Source: Octopus bimaculoides (Eukaryota). From it: a stretch of DNA of 64,000 nucleotides. Below, piece after piece: positions 26,754 through 35,961 of the stretch (position 1 is its first letter; every line of letters begins with the position of its first letter). The position numbers and the translations under genes were made by a program. Location of the stretch: contig NC_068984.1 of NCBI RefSeq assembly GCF_001194135.2, forward strand, positions 129,417,567 through 129,481,566, in the 5' to 3' direction. The notes beneath the pieces are model-generated. The model did not search any database, was not told the origin of the DNA, and was given only the letters and a program-made list of their open reading frames with translations.

Positions 26754-27538
26754 GATATTACGTATGTTATGGAAAGTATGGGCTATTTATGGAGTGCTCC
26801 TAGAGAGCCAATACGAAAAAATGCAGAGAAGAGGAAATTGAAAACGCAAACCATAGGCAAACAGATTCCCAAATGCATGAATGAAGACATTAAATCAATG
26901 TAATTAAATCATATATATTTATATACATCAACATAATCATGCATGTAAAGGTGTAAAGATTCTCCAAAGGTATAAAGAATAAAACCAACCATACGTAAAA
27001 AATATACAATATAAAAACATATGAAAATACATATAAAATTACATATAAATGAAGATTACATGTAAAGAGTTATGCGTGATAAATATAGGAGGTGCAAAAC
27101 GAATGAGAGGTTGATAAATACAGGAATAAAAACATCAACCTTCTAAATGGCCAACTGCCTAAACCGTCTACAAATTCCTTATAGATCTGCGATATAAGGT
27201 AGAAATGATGCAAGATATCAAGGTTAAGTAAAGTAAATAAAATAGAATCCGAAAATAGGAGGGTGTTCCATCTACAGCCATTTCAGGGGTACATTACCGG
27301 TTATGGTTAAAAAATTAAATATTCCATATATGCAATGTCCACATCATCGAGATGATGGCCTCCTTGGTAGCTGCCATCATACTAATAGAATCAAGAGTTC
27401 CTAATAAAATGTTTTACAGCTCGTATGCAAATATATATNNNNNNNNNNNNNNNNNNNNNNNNNNNNNNNNNNNNNNNNNNNNNNNNNNNNNNNNNNNNNN
27501 NNNNNNNNNNNNNNNNNNNNNNNNNNNNNNNNNNNNNN

Positions 27539-27581
<43 letters not shown>

Positions 27582-29890
27582 TCGACAGAGACATATACAT
27601 AAATATATACACACACACACATCAACATATACGTACATACATATATGCACACACACATATATATGCAAACACATGCATATATGCAAACACATATGCACAG
27701 GCACATATACACATACACATGAATACAATACACACATGTACACAATACATACACTCACACATACACAATACATACATACATATGCACACGATACATACAC
27801 ACACACACATATACACAGTACATACACATGCACACAGTACATACATACATACACACACATATTTATCCAGTGCAATTTAAACCTTAATAAATGATCAGTA
27901 CATAGACAAATGACCAGGACACAGAATATCATGCATATTTCTAGAACTCATGCATAGTCATTGTTATCTTTTGTCAAATCTGGCTTTCAGTGCTAGAAAG
28001 AGAATATGTGGAAGAAGAAAAGAAACAAAAACATTTCGTAACACCATCTTACATTTTATTCATTGATATAGGCTGATTATTAAGTACATAATGCAAATCA
28101 CATAATCAAGGCTTAATGTCAAATAGTCAAAGATATGTAACTTTTATAAATAACATTGTTAGAATGAAAAGACAGAATTCACCATTATGGGAATGGCTGC
28201 TAGGTATATTCTGCTATCTTTTCAATCCAATAATATTATGTAGAAAGGCGGCGAGGTCCCTGTAAAGATCTTTATTGGTCATCTTCTATTGTCATTTGAT
28301 GTGGAGGCGCAATGGCCCAGTGGTTAGGGCAGCGGACTCATGGTCATAGGATCGCAGTTTCAATTCCCAGACCGGGCGTTGTGAGTGTTTATTGAGCGAA
28401 AACACCTAAAGCTCCACGAGGCTCCGGCAGGGGATGGTGGTGAACCCTGCTGTACTCTTTCACCACAACTTTCTCTCACTCTTACTTCCTGTTTCTGTTG
28501 TGCCTGTAATTCAAAGGGTCAGCCTTGTCACACTGTCACGCTGATTATCCCCGAGAACTACGTTAAGGGTACACGTGTCTGTGGAGTGCTCAGCCACTTG
28601 CACGTTAATTTCATGAGCAGGCTGTTCCGTTGATCGAATCGACTGGAACCCTCGACGTCGTAAGCGACGGAGTGCTGACAACAACAACAACAACTGTCAT
28701 TGGATACTCAGTACATATTAGAGTAAATGGGTGTAGCAATCTGTCAAGTCATTCCTGCAACATTTTTGTCAGGGTCCAAGTTTTCAACCATTGCTTTGAA
28801 GAAGTCATGTTCTTCAAAGCAATGGTTGAAAGAACTCAATATACTTTACAGTATTAGTGAGGTCTGGTAGCAAAGCAATGTTAATTGCCAAACATTCTCT
28901 GTTCCTATTTGAACCAGAAGGTCAGTATAGTGTTTATCATGAATTAATAAATAAATGACAAAAGAACAGCATTTACATAATCACCCTCATAAGTTAACAG
29001 CTCTCTTGGCTATGAGAAAGCATGCACTCGGATTTGGGCATCAGTGCAGCATTTTATAGCTTCCTCAGAGACACATGTGTGTACATATATACACACAAAT
29101 ACACCACACATATATATACATACACAAACACACACATATATACATACATAGATATATATACACACACAAACATACACATATACATACATACATAGATATA
29201 CATACACTCACAAACATTATATATATGCATACATACATACAATATATATATATATATACACACACACTCCGATATGATCTCTGGTGCAAGCAAAGCTGTG
29301 CAGTTAAAAAATTTGCCTCCCAACCATGAGGTCTCAGGTTCAGTCCCACCGTGCAGTACTTTGAGCAAGTGTCTTCTACTGCAGCCCTGGGCCAACCAAA
29401 CCCTTGGGGGAACAGAAATTGAAAATAAGCCTATCATATGTACAAATGTATATATACATATATACAGGCGTATTTACGTATATCTATATGAGTATATGTG
29501 TATATGCATGTGTGTGTGTGTGTGTGTGTGTATCTAAACATGTATATGGTCTATGTCATATTTGTGTTTTATTCTGAAATGCACCAGAAATACAAGGATT
29601 CAATAACAAAGCACACAGCCATAAGTAGAGTTGCTAAGCTGATGCTAATCCACCATAAAATTGAATTTGTGTTGAAAACAAGGGCTTTAGTGTCTAAATC
29701 TAGTCATGATACTATAGATACAAAACCAAATTTATTTATAAAAGTGAAGTCTGGTAAGAAGCCTGCTTCCCAACTTCATGGTTCAGGTTCAGCCTCACTG
29801 TGTGGCACTTTGGGTGTCTTCTACTACAGCTTTGCACTAACCAAAGCCTTGTGAGTGGATCTGGTAGACAGAAACTGAAAGAAGCCCATC

Positions 29891-29940
<50 letters not shown>

Positions 29941-30088
29941 GATGATGATGATCTATGTGTGTCTTAGTGCCTGTGTTTGTACACCCCACCATCGCCACTT
30001 GACAATGGGTGTTGGTGTGTTTACATCTCCATAAATTAGCAGTTTGGCAAAAGAGACTGATAGAATAAGTACTAAGTTNNNNNNNNNN

Positions 30089-30125
<37 letters not shown>

Positions 30126-33100
30126 GATGATGATGATCTATGTGTGTCTTAGTGCCTGTGTTTGTACACCCCACCATCGCCACTTGACAATGGGTGTTGG
30201 TGTGTTTACATCTCCATAAATTAGCAGTTTGGCAAAAGAGACTGATAGAATAAGTACTAAGTTTTTAAAAAATAAGTCCTGAGGTTGATTTGTTTGACTA
30301 AAACCCCTCAAGGTGGTGCTCCAGCATGGCCACAGTCAAATGACTAGAACGAGTAAAAGAATAAAAGAATTTGATGAGAATGTTTTGAAAAGTCAAAAAA
30401 GACTTAAGCATCTAATTTATATGTCACTTACCCTCATTTTCAGAGGACAAGGTGACATTGAATCAATGTTGAGATTTGCCAGCGATTTCTGTTAAATGAT
30501 TCAATTTCTATAAATCTATTTATTTAAAACAAATATTGTCTGGTAACCTTGATTACTCGATCAGTAAACACATGTTCACATTCAAAAGTTCAGACAAAAT
30601 ATTTTCCACAAAGTAAGGACCACCAAATGGATAAAGCAGCAATTTATCATTGACAAATTCCTAAAGTTGGAAAATTACTCTGTGACCCACAAAACATTTG
30701 ACACTGCCGAGGGCATAGCATCTTTCTGGCTTTGGGAAGTAATACAAAATACAATCCTAACAATTCAGGCTACGAATGTCCTTTTTTCTATGTGAACTTG
30801 AGCTCTCAACAATGCAGAACATCAAGTCCAAGACTAGTTACCAGCTTGTTCCAAGCTCAGATATGAGGCTGGCTCTATTGAAAGATTAAGCCACATATTT
30901 AAAATATTGTAACAACAAAACAATTATATCAATCTCATTAAGTCTATAACACTATAAATGTAAGTGCTAAATTGTGCAGCTGTGTTATGTACAATTCACA
31001 ATTTTACGTCAGGATAATTCAAATAAAATGGACTTATAAATGACATTAAACAAAAGAAATTTGGAAACAATATTTTAGATATGGAGTTCAAATCCCAGTG
31101 AGTTTGCCCTTCTCCCCTTAATTTAATCATTTCATACCTACATTGCAACATAGATATTGTATCTAATAAAAAAAAATAATGAATTATTTTAAAAACATAT
31201 GAAAAATATTTGTAAACTAAATTAGTAACACATTCACCTAAAAAGAATGCCACGTAAGAAATTTATATAAGGGATAACATCTCTGCCTGCTGGTTGCATA
31301 ACAGGAAATATTGGCAAAGTTCTGCTGAAGGTAACCTTATAAAATAACATTTGGAAACTGAAATCAAGAGTACTGAAATTACGAAATCTAAAGCTAACTG
31401 AAGTCCTTTAATCGTCTCCACTGACCTACCCTTATTGAAAATAAAGTATTTAAGATTATATAATGTCTTTTTCCAACAGCCTGTAACTGGTATGCTCCTT
31501 CCGGAGCGAACTAAAACAAAAACAAGAGAAAGAATTTTCAAGGCACCTGTATTGTGTTCTATATTAGAGGTGACCTTTTTAGTTCAGTTTGTTTTAGCCG
31601 TCACGGCCAAGGCTATACTGGAGTAGTGCATTCAACATCTTAAAAACAAACACTTGTTAGTAATTTCGATATATGTGTGTGTGGTGTGTGTATACGTGCA
31701 TTATCTTTAATAAGCGAAAATAATTTAACAAGTCTTTTGATCAAAGGAATTAATCTATCTTAATAGACGAAAGTCAAAATTAATGACAATTTACTAAAGG
31801 TAATAACGATTGTACTTAACGGAGAAGCATTTGAAGAATTAAAGGATATTTAAGCAGTTAGATGTAGGAAAATCTAACGCATGAGAATAAAAAACACGAA
31901 TAAGCAGTAAAATATGTCTAACTCGGGTTTTCCAGTCTACTATTGAACAGATGAAATTACGTCCACTCAGAATTCCTAGACTGATTGTAAATAAGATATT
32001 TAATGGCAAAAATTATTTCTGTTAATGAAGAAGAATAAATAATTATTTTCTATTTTGTTTTGCTACTAAACAAAAAGTTCGACAGCAAAATAAACCAGAA
32101 AATAATGAAAATTTTGTATTTAGGTTATTCAATATCAGGACAATTTTATTTTAATTATTAACAAGTCAAGGTCATATGGTTGTGAAAACACCGACAGAAA
32201 CAAGAATTGCCTACGAAAGAGAACGTCTACATAGAAAAGACATCGAAAAACTAGAAATTAGTAATTAGCTTTAACGATTAGTTTCAGGAATTTACCGGCT
32301 GATTGAGAGCATAGATTTTGACAAAGTCAACAGCAACAGAGGACAAAAAGTAAAAGTTTCGCATGGGATTTTAAACATTTTTAATTTAATTTTTCTTTTT
32401 GCAAAACAGAAAGGTTACAAGTATATCTAGCTAAAACAGTTTCCGTTTTTTTTTTTACGATTTAGTTACATACTTTTGCACGGAGAAGAATAAAAACACG
32501 TAGGATACATCAAACGTTACACATTTAATTCCTACCACAACTGCAATCACCGCCGCCACCACCACCACCGTATGGCGTGGAAATTGGTGGTGGAGGCGGC
32601 GGAGAAAACGCCGAAGTAAACGAAAATAACGTCAAAGTATGTTGTATAGAAATGATGTCTAGCTTGGTTCGGTAAGTCAAAATAAATGATTTGGTTTGCT
32701 ACTGAAGATGTTTGGAGAAAAGACGTACTGAAAAAGGTGAGAATGACATTCGTGCCTGTGGGGGGTTTTTTTTCCAACGGCATTAGCGCAATAAGTAAAG
32801 TAAAAACTGTTAGAATCGACAATTGAAACCAGAATAATAATTATTTGTAGTAGTCGTAATAACAAAACAGAAGCTACGGCGGGTTTCAATGATAGCTCAG
32901 ACATGTTGCCAAAGACAGATGGAAAGAATGAGTTATTTTGACACTTGCATAGATAAGAAAATATCTGCAGCTCTTTCAAACATTATCATAATTCAAATTT
33001 ACCATATACACACACACGTGTATGTATATGTATATATATATAACAAAAAACAATTATATCCTCATATTCTTCCGATTGCATAGCACTGTAATTATATATA

Positions 33101-33784
33101 TATATGTGTATATATATAATTAGTTGTTTTTGGTTCTTCCTATTGTTTTTATACTATTTTCATTTCGTTTCGTCGGTTCGCGAGAAAACCGCTTTGCCTA
33201 AGTTCGAAAAATTATTTCTAAACACGTATTAGGAGAGAGAGAAAAGGGGGAAAAAAGCAATTACTTACTTTCCTGGCTTCACAGTCTGCTTTAAACATAT
33301 TTCCTAACCACCTCGATGTAAAGGACGTCTGGTTTTCCTGTTAGTTGGGAGGGAGAAAAAATAAAGGAGCGTTGATAGAAATAAAGAAACGGCTACTTAT
33401 GAATGTAACGGCGGTTGGTTGAGAAAGTGAAAATAATAGCATTAACATAAGCAATGAGAGTGAAGAGAGAATGTATTAGATATTTATATACTAATATGTG
33501 TTTATAGAATGTACGTGTATATATTTGAAATCTGAGGGAGACAAAAATAAACACTCAAATATAATGTTCCTCTCCGCTATTTTATACGAAGAATATTAAA
33601 ATGAAGGTTGGATTATTATTGAGATTAAAAGAATTTTTGAAAGAGATCGAAGATATAACGTGAAATAAAATTGGTCAAGAAAACTGGTTGTAATTTACAA
33701 CAATTATGTTCTTTTTAAATTGCTTAAGTTGCGATATGTTTTAAAGACACTTACCAATGTACTTTCTGCTGCTACCGCCGCCAT
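786..33784 (-). CDS. SLC25A12: Ca2+-binding mitochondrial aspartate/glutamate carrier (Aralar/citrin family), 5' part; spliced join 33755-33784, 33269-33337, 5229-5282, 1293-1435, 786-901; continues left of the window
   Basis: GT-AG exons with matching phases translate to MAAVAAESTL-ENQTSFTSRWLGNMFKADCEARK-IDVFKRADTEKLREIFLK-YASRNIQDEHFMTYDDFVLRYL...ADTTRDQLISFHEFQAFEALLCLPDALYALAFTIFDQNGNGYITC. This matches the known aralar/citrin N-terminus (KRAD..LR.IFLKYAS...D.TKDGLISF.EF.AFE..LC.PDAL). Linking exons 1-2 across 28 kb is inferred from phase and position. The symbol denotes the SLC25A12/13 co-orthologue. Confidence 0.9.
1293..1435 (-). CDS. SLC25A12: Aralar exon 4 (EF-hand 1 and start of EF-hand 2)
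   Basis: ttcag|TAT GCT AGC...GAC CA|gtaaga; 143 nt; YASRNIQDEHFMTYDDFVLRYLQVLKPDKYDDYTLKLFASSADTTRD. Confidence 0.95.
1656..1904 (+). mobile_element. TTAA-flanked piggyBac-like MITE, family D
   Basis: ttaaCCTTTTAG...GTAAAGAGttaa; body shared with copies at 8133, 13078, 16580, 22697 and 43275. Confidence 0.75.
2811..3034 (+). mobile_element. TTAA-flanked piggyBac-like MITE, second family
   Basis: ttaaCCCTTT...AAAGGGttaa termini; different interior from family D. Confidence 0.7.
3257..3970. mobile_element. Non-autonomous foldback DNA transposon with 37-bp TIRs, 8-bp TSD and a central telomere-repeat palindrome (true length inflated about 150 bp by an assembly duplication)
   Basis: TIR GGATCTTTTTTAAAACGGGGGCCACATTTTTCATTAA at 3257-3293 and its reverse complement at 3934-3970; CAGAATTT at 3249-3256 and 3971-3978. 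Confidence 0.88.
3990..4330 (-). pseudogene. Mariner (DD34D) transposase C-terminal fragment
   Basis: GVMFHQDNAQPH...WEKIPHSPYSPDLAPSDCHLF...GIKKLVNRWKEVIDNQGKYIDD*; N-terminal part absent. Confidence 0.92.
5229..5282 (-). CDS. SLC25A12: Aralar exon 3
   Basis: ctttttag|ATT GAT GTC TTT AAA AGA GCA...CTG AAG|gttaga; 54 nt, phase 0-0; IDVFKRADTEKLREIFLK (conserved KRAD..LR.IFLK). Confidence 0.93.
7005..7365 (+). mobile_element. SINE family A, degenerate copy fused to a non-standard head (6760-7005)
   Basis: ggttcagacccactg...ggcaagtgtcttctactatagcc...tagaatag...ctccagtatggctgcagtccaatgactgaaacaag. Confidence 0.75.
7535..7957 (+). mobile_element. SINE family A, full length (tRNA-like head, CORE-like ccttgggcaagtgtctt, internal (TA)n/(TG)n, taaaagag tail)
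   Basis: Near-identical copies at 11829-12620 (+), 29750-30365 (+), 43935-44335 (+), 49468-49845 (+), 53015-53450 (+), 57578-58070 (+) and 61462-62000 (-). Partial copies at 10440, 13518, 17325, 23725 (-), 29285, 37030, 39345 (-), 48770 (-), 55890, 56520 and 58405 (-). Confidence 0.92.
8133..8371 (+). mobile_element. TTAA MITE family D
   Basis: ttaaCCCTTTAG...CTAAAGGGttaa, perfect termini. Confidence 0.85.
11829..12620 (+). mobile_element. SINE family A spanning an N gap
   Basis: Head ggcgcaagtgtggct before the gap; 3' half after the gap. Confidence 0.85.
13078..13306 (+). mobile_element. TTAA MITE family D
   Basis: Same body as 8133-8371; ends CTAAAGGGttaa. Confidence 0.85.
16130..16350 (-). 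mobile_element. SINE family C (gaattcgttagc...ttcaaattccgcc...gtcgactttgcctttcatccttt...ccttgtgccaaaatttgaaaccaat)
   Basis: Shared with 36165-36350 (+), 40655-40860 (-), 48380-48580 (-), 48672-48770 (-), 49320-49467 (-), 49920-50055 (+) and 51935-52230 (-). Confidence 0.75.
16580..16808 (-). mobile_element. TTAA MITE family D
   Basis: ttaaCCCTTTAG...CTAAAGGGttaa, reverse orientation. Confidence 0.85.
19530..19770 (+). pseudogene. Degraded RLE-type non-LTR retrotransposon endonuclease relic (R4/NeSL-like)
   Basis: With frameshifts it reads PDLIIKD...DV...KN I...KISK..DLEIEI...TIPITLGVL, resembling the RPD..I.D / KY.DL.IEI / IPIVIGALG motifs. Confidence 0.4.
22160..22385 (-). mobile_element. 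SINE family E (tRNA head; core ttgtgtccttgagcaagacactttatttcacattgctccagtccactcagct)
   Basis: Shared with 58140-58385 (-) and 60540-60880 (-). Confidence 0.75.
22911..23725 (+). mobile_element. RTE-clade LINE, 5'-truncated: RT C-terminal pseudo-ORF, 3' UTR and (GAT)n tail
   Basis: ARIRIVWEKFRELLPLPVTKGLSFRVKGRLYDACVRTAILHSSEK*AMTAED...NEASMLCWMCNV; ends aaacgacgatgatgatgat. Confidence 0.88.
23990..24320 (-). mobile_element. RTE LINE 3' UTR fragment
   Basis: (CAT)n-gtttaatgtccgctttccatgctagcatgggttggacg...; the same tail occurs near 5905, 13810, 14540, 17660, 24430, 37500, 42285, 51030, 53850, 54085, 54340, 56165, 58565, 58985 and 63365. Confidence 0.85.
25031..25411 (-). mobile_element. SINE family B, full length (tRNA-derived head, (CAA)n tail)
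   Basis: Reverse complement of 28303-28694; A-box TGGCCCAGTGG, B-box GTTTCGATTCC. Confidence 0.9.
27538..27860. repeat. Compound (TA)n/(CA)n low-complexity microsatellite; similar tracts at 9845-9990, 11070-11315, 22390-22470, 29070-29270 and 35850-35960
   Basis: Read directly; these tracts produce most of the spurious ORFs in the track. Confidence 0.95.
28303..28694 (+). mobile_element. SINE family B, full length
   Basis: ggaggcgcaatggcccagtggttagggcagcggact...ggagtgctgacaacaacaac. Confidence 0.9.
31430..31510 (-). CDS. Candidate alternative (cassette) exon of Aralar
   Basis: Long pyrimidine tract ttctttctcttgtttttgttttag, 81 nt open in phase 0-0 (FAPEGAYQLQAVGKRHYIILNTLFSIR), donor AGG|gtaggt. 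No homology recognised. Confidence 0.4.
33269..33337 (-). CDS. SLC25A12: Aralar exon 2 (N-terminal extension)
   Basis: tttttctccctcccaactaacag|GAA AAC...AGG AAA|gtaagt; 69 nt, phase 0-0, open; ENQTSFTSRWLGNMFKADCEARK. Confidence 0.75.
33755..33784 (-). CDS. SLC25A12: Aralar exon 1 coding part (start codon)
   Basis: gcagcATGGCGGCGGTAGCAGCAGAAAGTACATTG|gtaagt; MAAVAAESTL; good Kozak context; locally CpG-enriched. Confidence 0.75.
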
Positions 33785-33900
33785 GCTGCAGCTTTTTGCT
33801 AAGATTGACCTTCAAATCACGTGAAGGCCGCAAGTGCGCCAGGGTAGTCGTTCCGTAGTTGCGGTTAAGGACATGAGAAAAACGTTGTATTAATAACTTT
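33785..33900 (-). promoter_or_regulatory. Putative Aralar promoter/5' UTR with palindromic E-box TCACGTGA (33817-33824)
   Basis: CpG-rich patch in an AT-rich background immediately upstream of the ATG; the motif is read directly, its function is inferred. Confidence 0.5.
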
Positions 33901-35692
33901 GGTAGGAAATATATTTCTCAATCGTTGCGAAAATATTTTCCAGCTATTTCTTTTGATATTTTCTGAAGCAAAATTTATTGTCGTTTACTTCCAAAAATAT
34001 AAATCTAAAGCCCGAAATACCTGGTATCAGTGAAATACAAGTTCCTAATTGCCCTTCACATATATATGGCCCAATAATTTATTTTATTAACAGGTAATTA
34101 TTAGGCAGCTTTGTTTAAAAAAAAAAAAACAGCAAAATGAAGTTCTTTTTAACCTTGTAAAAATTTGAGATATAAATTCATGTTTAAAGTAAAGGATATA
34201 ATTTAGTGAATACAGGAATCTTATAAGAAGCCTGAAGTGCGTAAATATTAAAATTAATTTTAATTAAATCAGTAAGTGCTACGGTTGTTTCGTAACAGAG
34301 TTATCCACTCCTCTTCACTGTAGGATAGTTCCATAAATTTTCCTTTATATGAAAAAAGCGGGCTTTTTAAATTGTATTTTTTATTCTAATCTAGAATACA
34401 TGAAAAACAAATCTTACTATTTTTGTTTTAGGCTTTTTGAACTCATGATTAATGGTGTACCTGTTATAATTCTTAGTTATAAGATTTTCTTATAGTTTTA
34501 AGTATAATTTTAAATTATTTAATTTTGTTAATAAAATAACTAGTGCTTAAAGATAGTAATCTAGAAAGTATTTAGTTTTTTTTGCTTGTTTGTTTGTTTT
34601 TTTTGTTTTGTTTTTTTTGCATAGGCGTAAGAGAATTAATAGAGAAATATCTCAACCTAGTGAGTAAATGACAGACTCTCACAGGCTCAAAACATAATGT
34701 TGTTTAGCATCAAGTCAGCTTTTATTTCACAGGTCTATAGGTCCATGATAAAAGTTTTCTGTGAGCATTCTTAATTTTGAATTCATTACTCACTTTGCAT
34801 CCAATGACAGTACCAAATTATCCAGTAATTTGCATAGTATTTTTGAATAGAAGTCAATCCATTTCAGTTGCATGTTATCATTTTGAGCAATATCTGTATA
34901 TTAAAGATTACATTCTCTGATATACTCTTTCTTTTTGAACATAGTAGTAATGCATAGTGTATATTGTACGTAGAACACAAGTTTCCCATACTTGTATCCA
35001 ACAATCAGGTCTTTCCCCAGTGATTCTCCTTTTAGTAGTTTTGCAACTACTATGTAAAGAATTTCACAGGTGATATAATATCTTTTAGGAGAGACATTTA
35101 CTCAGTAATCACTCCATAGCTCATTTAAGCATTAACAATGTGAGTGTATTGCTTATTTACATTCGCTCCTAGATTAACTCCAGATCATCCTAAGAGAAAC
35201 ATTTACAGCTTTGATGGAACTACCAACTTTTCATGCTCCCGTGTACAGTTTATGTTTGAAGCAAACTTCCAGTTGCAACATCTTACTGTAGCAAATCTTT
35301 TGACTTACCATAACTCTTAGTTCATGTTTAAAGAGACAATATCATACCTTTGACTATTTCTTAGCAGCAGTTCCTATAGATTTTGGAATTTTATTTTTAT
35401 TTTTGCTGAGCCCTAGGACTCAGAAGGCTGATTACACAGTTTCAATGGCATATTAATGATGAAGGTCGCAACATTCCTCTGAACAAGATACCATTGATTG
35501 ATATTTAACGTCTGTAACCACTAGGAGTTGTCGATCATGCTGTAAATTTGTCCAATGAGTAATTCCATGTTCGCTTCACTAGATGGTAATGATATGTAGA
35601 GAACCACTCACATCATTGATGCCAAAATGCAAGGATCACTATACATTCCACATTTTGGTATTTTTTTCTCCAAAGCAAATTTTTAATTTTTA

Positions 35693-35781
35693 ATTCGTCT
35701 GAAGAAAATGTTTATTTTTGTTCATGATGTAGTCAAATTATTCATCAATAAAAAAACACGTCTGAAACAGCTGCAGTGAAT
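35693..35781 (+). ncRNA. Type I hammerhead-ribozyme-like relic with a minimal palindromic helix III (Penelope/retrozyme type)
   Basis: attcgt-CTGAAGA-[22-bp stem, 18/22 paired]-GAAA-C-AGCT-G-C-A-gtgaat; U16.1 is C and the 10.1-11.1 pair is A-U. Confidence 0.6.
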
Positions 35782-35885
35782 CTTTAACCCATTTGTGTTC
35801 TTATGGTAAGAGCAGCCGTGATGGATATTTAATACTATACACTTCAGGTAATACATACATACATACATACATACATACATACATG

Positions 35886-35961
<76 letters not shown>

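Noticed and set aside
28303-28378. tRNA-like A/B boxes
   Set aside because: They are SINE heads without a complete cloverleaf, so they are not reported as tRNA genes.
29917-30260. Exact duplication of a SINE segment around a 10-N gap
   Set aside because: Same contig-overlap artefact.
31238-31335. 98-nt exon-like segment (VTFSRTLPIFPV...)
   Set aside because: Not a multiple of 3 and the acceptor is weak; could only be a poison or UTR exon, and there is no evidence for that.
32536-32640. Arg-rich frame RYFRLLRRFLRRLHH resembling a mitochondrial presequence
   Set aside because: No in-frame ATG or acceptor; bounded by upstream stops.
34700-35650. Possible decayed retroelement pol; likewise 41100-41450 and 45560-46260 (IAFDIS motif)
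   Set aside because: No continuous recognisable domain; classification would be guesswork.
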